This document shows positions 1 to 9,871 of a stretch of DNA of 63,984 nucleotides, piece after piece. The DNA lies in contig JBCCQY010000043.1 in NCBI GenBank assembly GCA_039208735.1, positions 1-63,984 of the forward strand. The letters are read 5' to 3'. The notes under the pieces were generated by a model. The model did no database searches. It was not told the origin of the DNA and saw only the letters and a program-made list of their open reading frames with translations. This stretch comes from Myxococcota bacterium (GTDB taxonomy: Bacteria > Myxococcota_A > UBA796 > GCA-2862545). The number at the start of each line of letters is the position of its first letter. Position 1 is the stretch's first letter. Made by a program: the position numbers and the translations under genes.

Positions 1-331
1 GCATTGCGGCCACGCCCACAAACGTCTTGCTCACGCTCGAGAGCAACACGGGGGTATCTGCCTCCAACGACCGCTCCGCCGCGAAGTCAGCCCAGCCGTA
101 GCCCCCGCTGTAGAGCACTGCCCCGTCCCGCACGAGTGCAATGCCGATGCCGGGGGGACCATCGTTTTGAACGAACGCGGTCATCAGCCGCTCCACTTCG
201 GCTTGAACCGCTTCGTCGCTGCCCGGCGCATGGTCGACCGGAACCGGCCCGTCAGGTCGAGGCAAGGCTGCACCCGTCTCAAATGGCGCATCCGAACAGG
301 CCACAAGCCACACGATTCCCAACCACTGCAT
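1..331 (-). CDS. Serine hydrolase, beta-lactamase class C/AmpC-like family, probable lipoprotein (partial; runs off window start)
   Basis: Not in the ORF track. Hand translation from ATG 331: MQWLGIVWLVACSD...PPGIGIALVRDGAVLYSGGYGWAD...DTPVLLSSVSKTF, with an SxxK motif and the typical family N-terminus. GGAGG RBS upstream. Confidence 0.85.
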   Translation of the reverse strand, partial: MQWLGIVWLVACSDAPFETGAALPRPDGPVPVDHAPGSDEAVQAEVERLMTAFVQNDGPPGIGIALVRDGAVLYSGGYGWADFAAERSLEADTPVLLSSVSKTFVGVAAM

Positions 332-361
332 CGCAACCTCCTGTTGCCAGGACACCGCAAC

Positions 362-509
362 CCAGGCACACCGACACTACGACCGCGAAACCCTATGATG
401 AGGTTGCCTTCGCGGCCGCGTAACCCCATGTAAGGCCGTGTAAGTCGCAACCTACCCCTGTTTCGGGTTTCGAGGGAGTCGCTACTTTGAGTTCTGATGG
501 CCCGCCTGG
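362..509. other. Nested imperfect inverted-repeat element (candidate structured RNA leader)
   Basis: Nested pairs: CCAGGC 362-367/GCCTGG 504-509, CGAAACCC 386-393/GGGTTTCG 465-472, AGGTTGC 401-407/GCAACCT 447-453, GCGGCC 412-417/GGCCGT 434-439. Confidence 0.5.
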
Positions 510-512
510 CCG

Positions 513-2735
513 TCACTTCGGGAAACTACTTTCGCCCTGCAGCACCACGAAGTGATCGGCCAGGATGTGGCCCCAGTCTCCCTCTGCATCATCGTAGATT
601 TCGATTTGCATGGTGCCACCTCCTTGACTGCGCAGGTCGACGTAATGGTAGTTGAGCTGTTCACTACGTCGGCCTTGTACATCTGCGAGCACGACCCCGT
701 TCACCCGTACACGGACGCCCACCCCAGGCCCCTGCCCTCCGCCCACGAAGAAGCTTAGGAAGGCATCCGGGGGCACTTTGGTCTCGGGCGACCACACGCG
801 CCCAGTTGCGTCATCGCCCTTCACCGCATCGAAGGAGTTGAATACGCTCCGGCCCAACCCTCCGTTGACGGGAGCCTGGCCCTCCACCTCAAGGTGGATG
901 GGCGAGCGCTCGGCAAACGTGCCTTCTGCCCTCCAGTCCTCGAGCGTTCGGTCGAATCGTCCAAGGATTTCGACCCCACGGTAGCGTTTGCCGTCGACTT
1001 GGAGCCGATTTCGCTGGGTGGGCGCAGCAACCGCATGCCGAAAGGAAAAGGTCTTGGGATCGAGCGCATCGAAGAGGGGCGTGGGGTCGCGCAGGCTCAG
1101 GCCTAACGGAAGCACGACATCGTCGGAAAAGGACATGGCCAGTGCTTTCTGAGCCAGAGACTCCCTCACCGAAGACACGGGTGGTCGGACATAGAGGACC
1201 GCCCCCACCGACCGCAGATAGCCCTGGGGAGGCCGACGATCGTGAGCGAGAAACTTCTGTTGCTCCACAGGATTGCGCGCGATGACCGCGTCGGTGAGGC
1301 CTCGCGTATCGACCACCCGAAAATCCGGAAGTGAGAACGGAACAATGCCCACCGACGGTTGAGCAATCGCAAACTCGGGCGGCAAGGCGGGGCCGCGCGC
1401 CATGAGCACCGGCGTGTAGTGCAGCAGTCGCTTGTTAGCGTAGGACGCGTGGTGTCGCTGGCGAATCGCCGCACCATGCTCGATGAGGTGTTTCATGACG
1501 CGGTTGTAGGTGCTCACCGACTGGGCCACGCCCGGAATGAACCGCAGGAAGGGCGCCCGACGCTTCGTGACCCAAATCGGTTTTGGAACGGGGTCGAACA
1601 GGCGGTCCACCCGGGCCAGCTCGTGTCCCACCTGAAACGCCCGGCTGTATACGAGCACCCCGAGGGCCAGCGGTAAGGCCCAAGCGCGTTGCTTCAGCGC
1701 ATCGGCCACCCTGGCGAGCCCTTGGGCGGCTCCCACCGCCAATGCGGGCCACCACCAATCGAGGGGTCGCCATTCAAAATGGTCGCCACCGGTACGGATG
1801 AGAAACGGCAGGTAGGCCACGATGCAGATCAAACCCGCCGCTTCAGCGAACCGTCCGGAAGCTCGAACCCGCGCCACCACGCCCCCTACGGCAAGGGGCA
1901 CGATCAAGTAGAGCCCGCTTTCGAGCGTTACCCCCCAAAGGTACTGAAACCCGAGTTCCGCCCATCCTCCCGTGCTCTTCGCATAGTAGGTATTGGGCAG
2001 CCACTCGCCGTACGCCCACCGCCGGAAGGCGAGATGCAGGGTCACCAGGGCTGCCGCGGGCAAGCCCCATGCCACGATGGTCAAGCGGTCGAGGGTCCCC
2101 TTCCGCCACCGGTCGATGAACGACAACCCCATGGAAAGCGGGGCCAACAAGTAGGCCTCGGGTCGGGTCAACGCGGCAAGACCCCACATCGCGGAGGCCC
2201 CCGCAGCGGCGCGGCGCCCGGGCTGGCTCCCCAACCACCACGCCACCGTCACAAACAGGGTGAACTGGCGGGTCGCCAATCCACCAGAGGCCCAGACCGC
2301 AAGGCTTCGCTCGGTCGCAAGCAAGAGCATCGCTAGCGCCACCACCCAGGCATCGCCGTGCTGGCGAGCCCAGCGGGCCGTGACCCAGACCACCGCTCCC
2401 GTCATCGTCCACGACAACATCAGCGAGGCGAGGGCGGGGTCGATCCCCACCGCCCACAAGGCGGCCACCTCGATCACCCAGAGGAAGTTGGTGTAGCCCT
2501 CGATCCACTCGCCGGGGTTGAACACCAGCCCGTGCCCTTCGAGGAGATTCCGTACGTAACGAAAGCTGATGTAGGCATCGTCGCAGACAAATCGCAATCG
2601 AATCATCTGCACCAGCAGCGCCACCAACGCCAGACCCGACAATCCCTGGGTCAGGCGAAGCGCCACGCGATCTCGTTCGTTCAAGGTCCCTTCCCTGCGA
2701 TGTGGCAGCCTCACATCGCCGCCCCGCGGAAGCAA
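513..2735 (-). CDS. Multi-pass membrane glycosyltransferase (AftB-like, GT-C fold) with C-terminal soluble domain; true start may be about 50 nt downstream
   Basis: [30 protein letters not shown] motif, LTRPE, PNTYYAK, GGD and D..GLTD motifs, many TM segments. Confidence 0.75.
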   Translation of the reverse strand: MLPRGGDVRLPHRREGTLNERDRVALRLTQGLSGLALVALLVQMIRLRFVCDDAYISFRYVRNLLEGHGLVFNPGEWIEGYTNFLWVIEVAALWAVGIDPALASLMLSWTMTGAVVWVTARWARQHGDAWVVALAMLLLATERSLAVWASGGLATRQFTLFVTVAWWLGSQPGRRAAAGASAMWGLAALTRPEAYLLAPLSMGLSFIDRWRKGTLDRLTIVAWGLPAAALVTLHLAFRRWAYGEWLPNTYYAKSTGGWAELGFQYLWGVTLESGLYLIVPLAVGGVVARVRASGRFAEAAGLICIVAYLPFLIRTGGDHFEWRPLDWWWPALAVGAAQGLARVADALKQRAWALPLALGVLVYSRAFQVGHELARVDRLFDPVPKPIWVTKRRAPFLRFIPGVAQSVSTYNRVMKHLIEHGAAIRQRHHASYANKRLLHYTPVLMARGPALPPEFAIAQPSVGIVPFSLPDFRVVDTRGLTDAVIARNPVEQQKFLAHDRRPPQGYLRSVGAVLYVRPPVSSVRESLAQKALAMSFSDDVVLPLGLSLRDPTPLFDALDPKTFSFRHAVAAPTQRNRLQVDGKRYRGVEILGRFDRTLEDWRAEGTFAERSPIHLEVEGQAPVNGGLGRSVFNSFDAVKGDDATGRVWSPETKVPPDAFLSFFVGGGQGPGVGVRVRVNGVVLADVQGRRSEQLNYHYVDLRSQGGGTMQIEIYDDAEGDWGHILADHFVVLQGESSFPK

Positions 2736-2776
2736 CTACGGCCGGGCCGCTGTAAGATGCCCGCCGCGAGGGGCCC

Positions 2777-4090
2777 ATGTCGTTCGATCATGCAGTGGTA
2801 ATGGGGGCGGGCATTGCGGGACACGCCGCGGCGGCGGTGCTCGCGCGCACGTTCCAGCGGGTGACAGTGCTCGAGCACGACGCCTTTCCCGAAGCGGTGG
2901 CACCGCGAGATGGCGTGCCCCAAGCGCATCATGTGCACTGGTGGCTCGGTCGAGGTGATGAGCTTCTAGCCGATCTTTTCCCCGGACTCCCGGACCAACT
3001 TCGCGAACGAGGCGGACTTCGCATCGACTGGTCGCGCGACGTGCGCTGGCACGAACATGGGGTGTGGAAAAGCCACTCTCCAAGTGACATTGAGAGTTGG
3101 TCGACCAGCCGAGCACTCCTCGAGGTGTGCCTTCGGGCCGAACTTGACACCCTGCCCAACGTCAGGCTTCAGCCCAACACCGCCGCCAAAGGTCTGGTCC
3201 TCGATGCGGAGAAACGGCGGGTCACGGGTGTCGACACGCCGAGTGGGGTCCTCGAAGCAGATGTCGTGGCGGATTGTACAGGCCGCAACTCGCCCGTCTT
3301 TGGGTGGTTGGAGGCGGCAGGAATTCCCGCCGTGCCCGAAACCCAAGTTCACGGTGACGTGGTGTGCGCCACCCGTCAGATGTTGCCGCGGACGCCGCCC
3401 GAGTTCAACGGGCTTCTCCAGCGGGCCCAGGCGCCCGACAAGCGCTCCGCCATCGCGTTTGCCATCGAAGACCGTCGCTGGATGGTGACCCTGTTTGGGG
3501 TTCACGGCGAGGCGCCACCCGACGATGACGCCGAATGGCGGACCTTCGCGCGCGCACTGCCCGACCGTACCGTCGCCGCACTCATCGCAGACTGCCAACC
3601 CCTGACGCCGGTGGTCCGCACCACCTTCCGCGGCTCCCGTTGGCGACGGGTTGAACGCGCGAAGCTCCCGGGCCGGCTGGTGATCCTGGGCGAGGCTCTG
3701 TGCAGCCTCAATCCCCTTTACGGCCAAGGCATGACCCTCGCTGTGTTGCAAGCTCACACCTTGGGGCGGTTGCTGCAGGGCCTCGAGGCCAAAGATCTCG
3801 ATCGAGCCCTACGAAAGGCCCCCGGTCATCTGGCGAAGGTTCTACGACCGGCCTGGGATCTCGCGGCCCGCGAGGATTTCCGTCATGCCGAAACCACAGG
3901 CGATCGGTCGACCTTCACGGGTTTGGTCAACCGCTACACGCACCGTTTGTCGCAACTGGCCGAGCAGGACGCGGCTCTGAGCCTCAAAGCCCAGCGCGTG
4001 TTGCACCTGCAGGCCCCGCTGACGTCCCTTTTCGACCAGGGTACGGTCTGGAAGGTCCTCCGAGGGCCCTCCGCCCCTCCAACGAAGTGA
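2777..4090 (+). CDS. FAD-dependent oxidoreductase/monooxygenase
   Basis: HAVVMGAGIAG Rossmann motif, R.GVPQ..H.H, DCTGR, NPLYGQGMT. Confidence 0.85.
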   Translation: MSFDHAVVMGAGIAGHAAAAVLARTFQRVTVLEHDAFPEAVAPRDGVPQAHHVHWWLGRGDELLADLFPGLPDQLRERGGLRIDWSRDVRWHEHGVWKSHSPSDIESWSTSRALLEVCLRAELDTLPNVRLQPNTAAKGLVLDAEKRRVTGVDTPSGVLEADVVADCTGRNSPVFGWLEAAGIPAVPETQVHGDVVCATRQMLPRTPPEFNGLLQRAQAPDKRSAIAFAIEDRRWMVTLFGVHGEAPPDDDAEWRTFARALPDRTVAALIADCQPLTPVVRTTFRGSRWRRVERAKLPGRLVILGEALCSLNPLYGQGMTLAVLQAHTLGRLLQGLEAKDLDRALRKAPGHLAKVLRPAWDLAAREDFRHAETTGDRSTFTGLVNRYTHRLSQLAEQDAALSLKAQRVLHLQAPLTSLFDQGTVWKVLRGPSAPPTK

Positions 4091-4097
4091 TCCGCGC

Positions 4098-4814
4098 ATG
4101 CCTACCTCTGGCGTCGATTGGCCTTCGGTTCGCGAAGAACTACAGGCCCTTGGCACCCCCGAACGTGCTGAACACGAAAAGAGCTACCTCAAGAGTTCGC
4201 TGGTCCATTATGGCGTGCCGGTCCCGCAACTCCGCAAGGTGGCCCGACGCCTGATCAAGGCCCACGACCTCGACGCCTCCGCTCTCGAAGCCCTTACGAA
4301 CGAAGCCTGGGAACAGGAACTCTACGAGCTGCGGAGCTTGACCACGTTCGTCCTGCAGTATCGACGTGACGAGCTTGGCGCCGGGACGCTTGCGTTTCTC
4401 GAAGCAATGCTCCGCAAGTGCTTTACTTGGGCGCTGATCGATACGGTCGCCATCCATGTCGTGGGCGACGTCATCCGGCGTCAGCCATCCGCTCGCACCA
4501 CTCTCGATCGATGGGCTTCCGACGACGACTTCTGGATCCGACGCTCCGCCGTGCTTGCCCTCCTCGGCGAGTGGCGCAGCGGAGGGACGTTCAACGAGGC
4601 CCAATTCGAAACGATCGCTGTGCCCATGCTGTCGGAAAAGGAGTTCTTCATCCGCAAGGCCATCGGGTGGGTGCTTCGAGACTTATCTCGGAAGGAGCCT
4701 GCATTCCCCGCGGCCTTTCTGCTGCGACATCACGACAAGGTGAGTGGACTCACCCGCCGTGAGGGCGCCAAATACCTGTCCGACGCCCAACGAAAGGCCA
4801 TTGGCTTGACATAA
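4098..4814 (+). CDS. DNA alkylation repair protein (AlkD family)
   Basis: GVPVPQLRK, TWALID, W.RRSA, EFFIRKAIGWVLR motifs. Confidence 0.88.
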   Translation: MPTSGVDWPSVREELQALGTPERAEHEKSYLKSSLVHYGVPVPQLRKVARRLIKAHDLDASALEALTNEAWEQELYELRSLTTFVLQYRRDELGAGTLAFLEAMLRKCFTWALIDTVAIHVVGDVIRRQPSARTTLDRWASDDDFWIRRSAVLALLGEWRSGGTFNEAQFETIAVPMLSEKEFFIRKAIGWVLRDLSRKEPAFPAAFLLRHHDKVSGLTRREGAKYLSDAQRKAIGLT

Positions 4815-4848
4815 ATCCGCCAGGGCCATTGGTGGCAATCGGACATCG

Positions 4849-6033
4849 CTACGAAGCAAGCGCTCTCGCCAGCTGCTCGAGGCTTTCGAGATCGTGGACG
4901 GGCCGATGCTCGGTCACGTGGGACAAGAGCGTCTGGATGCCTGCCGCCTCCGGGGCAAAGCCATCGTAGCGAAGCAGCGGGTTGAGCCATCGAATACGGG
5001 TGGCGAAGCGCGTCAGTCGCCGCATTTCCCGATCCAGGACCGGAGCTTCGGGGTCATCCGGATCGGGGCGTTCCAGACCATCGGTGATGAGCAGCAGTTC
5101 GGCCCCTCTCGTCAGCAACCGCCGCGCCCACCGATCGTTGAAGGCCTTCAAGCTAGGGGCGATGCGCGTGCCACCACCCCAATCGGGAACCTGCTGCGCA
5201 AGGTCGGCGAAGGCCAGATCCACATCACGGTACTGCAAGGCCCGGGTGATGCGCGTGAGCCGGGTCCCAAAGACAAAAACCTCGACCCGATCGCGGTCGT
5301 TGGTCAGCGCATGCAGAAAGTGAAGGAGCATCCTTGAGTAGCGTTCCATGCTCCCCGAGATGTCGCACAATACCACAAGCGGAGGCGGCCGGGTTGTCCG
5401 AACCTTGTAGGACAGGGTCAGGGGCTCTCCACCGGTACGCAGGCTGCGCTGTAGCGTGCCCCGAAGGTCGAACCGCTTGCCCCGCGGATGTCGCTTGAGA
5501 CGACGGGTGGGCCGTTCTCGCCAGGGAAAACGCAGCCGGCGCAACAAGCGTTTGGCCTCTTCGATTTCGGCCGACGACATCTGTTCAAAGTCACGCCGTC
5601 GCAGACGTTCCCGAAACGACGCGGTGCCTGGCGTATCTGGCTGTTCGTCGCTCGGGGCCCGGCGTACCTTCTTCCGCTGGTTCGATCGCCAAGCATCCAG
5701 AATCCGTCGTGGCGGCCGTTTCGGAGCTTGTTTGCCCTCTTCATGGGGAAGCTGCAACTCGGCAAGCTCATCATTGCGGCCGGTGGGGTCCCGCCAGAAC
5801 GCGGCAAAGGCGTAGCCAAACAGGTCGTCGTGTTCCCGGCGGCTGACGAAAATGCTGTGCAGCGTCCAAAACACATCGCGGCGATGGTCCACCCCCACAC
5901 ATTCGAGCGCGGTGAGCGCGTCTGTCACTTGACCAGTGCCCACCGGCACGCCAGCTCGGCGCAGGAACCCGGCAAAGCGCACGATGTTCGCAACGAGTCC
6001 CCCTCCGGGGAGTCGGGCGTCGTCGGTCGTCAC
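4849..6033 (-). CDS. VWA domain protein, CoxE family
   Basis: LCDISGSMERYSR MIDAS, VFGTRLT, WGGGTRI, ITDGL, WLNPLL. Confidence 0.9.
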   Translation of the reverse strand: MTTDDARLPGGGLVANIVRFAGFLRRAGVPVGTGQVTDALTALECVGVDHRRDVFWTLHSIFVSRREHDDLFGYAFAAFWRDPTGRNDELAELQLPHEEGKQAPKRPPRRILDAWRSNQRKKVRRAPSDEQPDTPGTASFRERLRRRDFEQMSSAEIEEAKRLLRRLRFPWRERPTRRLKRHPRGKRFDLRGTLQRSLRTGGEPLTLSYKVRTTRPPPLVVLCDISGSMERYSRMLLHFLHALTNDRDRVEVFVFGTRLTRITRALQYRDVDLAFADLAQQVPDWGGGTRIAPSLKAFNDRWARRLLTRGAELLLITDGLERPDPDDPEAPVLDREMRRLTRFATRIRWLNPLLRYDGFAPEAAGIQTLLSHVTEHRPVHDLESLEQLARALAS

Positions 6034-6926
6034 GCCTGGCGGGCCTTCGTCGCAAGTTCTTCGGCAACCTCGCCCACCACCGCATCGACGTCGTCTTGGT
6101 ACTTGAAGAGCACTCCGGCCGTCTCGGCCACGGCCTCGCCGGTGACCTGGTCGACATCGAGCGCCATGAGGGCTTGGGCCCAGTCGAGGGTTTCGGCAAT
6201 CCCTGGGTTCTTGTAGAGTTCGCGCCGCCGCACCGACTGCACAAACGACACCACCTGTCGTGCCAGACGCTTGTCGCAGCCAGGAACGCGAAGGCCTAAA
6301 ATCGCGAGTTCTTGGTCTTCGCCAGGGTAGTCGACCCAGTGGTAGAGACAGCGACGCTTCAGGGCGTCATGGACCTCGCGCGTCCGGTTCGAGGTGAGAA
6401 TGACGATGGGACGCTCGGGCGCCACCACGGTGCCTAACTCAGGAATCGTCACCTGGAAGTCCGACAACAGTTCGAGCAGGAAGGCCTCGAACGGCTCATC
6501 GGTCCGATCCAACTCGTCGATGAGAAGAACCGGCGCACCGCCCTCGTGGGGGCGCAAGGCCCGAAGCAGGGGGCGCTCCAGCAAGAAGCGCTCGGAGTAG
6601 ATGCTCGACTCCAGTTCGCCCACATCGACCTGTTCGGCCGCTTCCGCAAGTCGAACCTGAACGAGCTGTCGGGGCACGTTCCACTCGTACAACGCCGCAG
6701 ACACGTCGAGCCCTTCGTAGCATTGCAGCCGAATCAGCTGGCGCCCCAGGTGTTGGGCCACGACCTTCGCCAGCTCGGTCTTCCCAACCCCAGGCTCGCC
6801 CTCGAGAAACAACGGACGTTGCAGCTTCGTGGCCAAGAACAATGCGGTGGCCAAGGGTCGGTTGCAGACGTAGTGGCCCTGTGCCAGCACCTCGACCACG
6901 TGGCTGACAGATTCGAATGGGGCCAC
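6030..6926 (-). CDS. MoxR-family AAA+ ATPase, CoxD type
   Basis: Walker A GEPGVGKT, RLQCYEGLD, Walker B LLIDELD, TSNRTRE.HDALKRRC; 4-nt overlap with the CoxE gene. Confidence 0.92.
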   Translation of the reverse strand: MAPFESVSHVVEVLAQGHYVCNRPLATALFLATKLQRPLFLEGEPGVGKTELAKVVAQHLGRQLIRLQCYEGLDVSAALYEWNVPRQLVQVRLAEAAEQVDVGELESSIYSERFLLERPLLRALRPHEGGAPVLLIDELDRTDEPFEAFLLELLSDFQVTIPELGTVVAPERPIVILTSNRTREVHDALKRRCLYHWVDYPGEDQELAILGLRVPGCDKRLARQVVSFVQSVRRRELYKNPGIAETLDWAQALMALDVDQVTGEAVAETAGVLFKYQDDVDAVVGEVAEELATKARQA

Positions 6927-6977
6927 GGCACCTCCAGGCCGGCGGACGTATCGATTCCAACCCTGGTTTGGCCAGGC

Positions 6978-7667
6978 TCAGCCAAATCCCATGGGCAGAC
7001 CTGCTGAACTCCCGATGGCTTGCAGCTGAGCGTTGAAGGCGACGGCGACCCGATCGCGTTGGCCTTCGTAGGGCAATGCCTCGTGCAACAGCCAACTCGG
7101 AAAGACCACGGCTCGGCCCGCGGCGGGCGCGACATCATGGGACGACCGTTGCAGATAGGCACTGCCGAGATCCATATGCGCTCCCCCCAAGCGCGCGAGG
7201 TGGGGCCCATGAAACCGAAGCACGCCATTGTGAACGCCGTAGCCTGGGTGTGAGGTGCGCTCCGCCGCGTCGTCTACGTCCACCCAATACACCCCCGACC
7301 ACGAGCAATTCCCGTGGTTGTGAATGGCATGGCGACCGCCTTCGTTCTGCACCTGAAACCAGGCTCCGACCATCACCACGCGCAACCGAGGCGCCCCCAG
7401 TTCAGCCCACACCGGCTGATTCGCCTGATGTGCGGTTCGAAACACCAAATCCGACAGGAACTGGAACAGCCCCGTCACTGCAGGTTCGTTCTGGTAGCGA
7501 TGAAGCAGATCGTCGGCCGAAACGTAGGTGGTTCCCACCCGCCCGCCGTCGTCGGCCAGCTGCTTCCGAAACAAGGTCTTTAGCGATGCATTGAGCGTGT
7601 CGGCTTGAGGGTGCAAACCTTCCCCAAACCACGTCGGCCACAAGGGATGCGAGTTGGCCTCCGACAT
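6978..7667 (-). CDS. Putative 2OG-Fe(II) oxygenase (TIGR02466-like)
   Basis: Start re-set to ATG 7667 (MSEANSHPLWPT), coupled to the mltD stop. HNH...WSGVYWV, VFPSWLLH, R..VAFN motifs. Confidence 0.8.
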   Translation of the reverse strand: MSEANSHPLWPTWFGEGLHPQADTLNASLKTLFRKQLADDGGRVGTTYVSADDLLHRYQNEPAVTGLFQFLSDLVFRTAHQANQPVWAELGAPRLRVVMVGAWFQVQNEGGRHAIHNHGNCSWSGVYWVDVDDAAERTSHPGYGVHNGVLRFHGPHLARLGGAHMDLGSAYLQRSSHDVAPAAGRAVVFPSWLLHEALPYEGQRDRVAVAFNAQLQAIGSSAGLPMGFG

Positions 7668-9814
7668 CACTTTTTGACGCGCAGCGTCTGGCCCGGCTGA
7701 ATGGTCGTGTCGGACAGTTCGTTCCAGCCCATCAGATCGGCAACCGAACAACCGTACCGCGATGCGATCTTGGCGAGGCTCTCCCCACGGCGCACGGTGT
7801 GGGTCGCCCAGACTTTCTCTCGCGCCGGCCGGCTTTTCGGCGGGTCCCCCACCAGGCGCAGACGCTGGCCCGCCCGAATCAGGGACGGGTCGGACAGACG
7901 GTTGAGCCGCATCAACCCCTTCACGGTCACCCGGTACTTGCGGGCGATGTGGGAGAGCGTCTCGCCGCGCCGCACGGTGTGGTACCGCGCCAGTCGCGGG
8001 GCCGGCTTCACTCGAGCATCCACCGGCAAGCGAATGGGCTGGCCGACCTCGATCTTCCAAGCATTCTTGATGCCGTTCAGCTCCATCACCTCGGAGAGCG
8101 GCACACTGTATCGCTTGGCAATTCCCCCGAGCGTCTCGCCGTAGCGCACCGTGTGGACCGGGCCGGTCTGTTCGGGTTCGGGGCCAGGCTCCGTCAACCG
8201 CAGGCGTTGGCCCACCAAAATGGACTGGTCATCGGTGATGCCATTGTAGGACCGAAGGGTGGCTTCATCGAGGCTGTGTTCCGCAGCAATCCCCGAGAGC
8301 GTGTCACCCCGCCGCACCACATGCACGGTCTTGTCATTGGCCTTGGTTTTGTCGGGTTCCTCCTTCTTGGAGGCTCCACCGGTCTGTGGAATCACCAGCG
8401 TCCAGCCCACGGCGATGCGATTGACGCTCCGCAGCCCATTCGCCCGGCGAATCTCGGCCACCGTCGACCCATACCGCTGGGCGATGATCGCAAGCGTGTC
8501 ACCTCGGCGCACGCGGTGGCGAATCACCGTGAGCCGCTCCTCGACAGGAATCGCCTCGAGGGCGGCCAAGAAGGCATCGCGCTTGCCCTTCGGAACGCGG
8601 ACCTCGTAGCCCTCGGGCGGCGTCGCAAAGCGGCGCAGGGCAGGATTCAACTCCCGAATCTCCTCGATCGTCACGCCGGCACACTTCGCGAGCACCTCGA
8701 GTTCGACCGAGCCGTCCACCTTGGCCTTGTCATAGGCGAGGGGATCGCCACCTTTCGGGAGGGTGAACCCGTAGCGATCGGGGTGCTTGGCGATGATCGC
8801 AGCCGCCATGATCTTGGGCACGTAGTTGTCGGTTTCGGGATGGAGGTACGGCCCATTCGCGAGCGTCCAGAAATCACGAGACCCCGCCCGTCCAATCGCC
8901 TTGTTCACCCGCCCAGGCCCGCCGTTGTAGGCCGCCCACGCAAGCCTCCAATCGCCAAAGGTCTCGCGAAGCTGGGCGAGGTAGGTGATGGCCGCCTCAA
9001 GCGAGGCCTCGGGGTCCCGTCGTTCATCGACCCACCAGTCGATACGCAACCCCATCTCGAGACCCGTCTTGGTCATGAACTGCCACATGCCCGCGGCAGC
9101 AGCTCGGCTGTACGCCTGGTTGCTGTACCCACTCTCGATCATGGACAGATACACCAGATCGCCGGGCAATCCAACCTCTTCCAGGCCCGTACGCATCCAC
9201 GCCTCGTAGCGCGTGGCCCGTTCGAGCCAGCGCTCGAAGTATTGCCGTCCTCGACCCTGATTGAAGTAGCGAACCCACTTCGCCACCCACTCGTTGGTCT
9301 CCATCGGGATGTCGAACTCTGCGGCGTCGACCAGATCGAGAAGCAAGGGATCGGTCGCCAAGGCGATGATGGGGTCCCGATAGAAGTCCACCGGTGCCGC
9401 ACGACCGGAGAGATCGTCGATCAACTCCTGTTCTGACAGGTGCTGCGCCTGGATTTCCTCGATGGCTTCGATCTGGTCGTCGGTGGGGATCTCGCCGCCC
9501 ATCGCATCGACCCAAGCCCACCGGCCCTCGTCAGGCACATCGACGGCCACAGCATCCTCGACAAGTTCGGGCTCGTCCTCGTCGGCCGGAAGCTCCCCTC
9601 GCCGCTCGGCCTTACGCCGTGCCTTTTCGGCCTTCCGCTCCGCCTTTTCCTGCGCCCGTCGCTCCTTCTTCGACAGCCCGTCAGAGGCGTCGGGAGCGAC
9701 CGAGACGGGTTCGGCCGGCTCCGCGGCTCGAGCGGTTCCAAGGGCCAGGGTGAGCGGGAGCCCAAGACAGAGCGCCAACTTCGACGACATGCGCCAATAC
9801 CTCGAAAGCGACAT
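7667..9814 (-). CDS. mltD: Membrane-bound lytic murein transglycosylase D with multiple LysM domains
   Basis: SLT motifs IESGY, AAGMWQFM, AAYNGG, ET.NYVPK; five clear HxVRRG(D/E)TL-type LysM repeats; N-terminal signal peptide. Confidence 0.88.
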   Translation of the reverse strand: MSLSRYWRMSSKLALCLGLPLTLALGTARAAEPAEPVSVAPDASDGLSKKERRAQEKAERKAEKARRKAERRGELPADEDEPELVEDAVAVDVPDEGRWAWVDAMGGEIPTDDQIEAIEEIQAQHLSEQELIDDLSGRAAPVDFYRDPIIALATDPLLLDLVDAAEFDIPMETNEWVAKWVRYFNQGRGRQYFERWLERATRYEAWMRTGLEEVGLPGDLVYLSMIESGYSNQAYSRAAAAGMWQFMTKTGLEMGLRIDWWVDERRDPEASLEAAITYLAQLRETFGDWRLAWAAYNGGPGRVNKAIGRAGSRDFWTLANGPYLHPETDNYVPKIMAAAIIAKHPDRYGFTLPKGGDPLAYDKAKVDGSVELEVLAKCAGVTIEEIRELNPALRRFATPPEGYEVRVPKGKRDAFLAALEAIPVEERLTVIRHRVRRGDTLAIIAQRYGSTVAEIRRANGLRSVNRIAVGWTLVIPQTGGASKKEEPDKTKANDKTVHVVRRGDTLSGIAAEHSLDEATLRSYNGITDDQSILVGQRLRLTEPGPEPEQTGPVHTVRYGETLGGIAKRYSVPLSEVMELNGIKNAWKIEVGQPIRLPVDARVKPAPRLARYHTVRRGETLSHIARKYRVTVKGLMRLNRLSDPSLIRAGQRLRLVGDPPKSRPAREKVWATHTVRRGESLAKIASRYGCSVADLMGWNELSDTTIQPGQTLRVKK

Positions 9815-9871
9815 ACCGCCCCATACTCACGCATCGGGCAGATGGCCGCCACTCGGGGGTTGCGCAAGTGG

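Noticed and set aside
4..516. ORF-track frames 4..423, 167..433 and 184..516
   Set aside because: Low-complexity shadows. The real gene is the unlisted minus-strand serine hydrolase starting at 331.
6978..8060. 360-aa version of the 2OG oxygenase ORF
   Set aside because: The extra N-terminus overlaps mltD out of frame; ATG 7667 coupled to the mltD stop is the better start.
7667..8520. Recurrent CGCACGGTGTGG-like DNA repeats
   Set aside because: Explained by tandem LysM domains (HTVRRG); not a CRISPR array or DNA repeat element.
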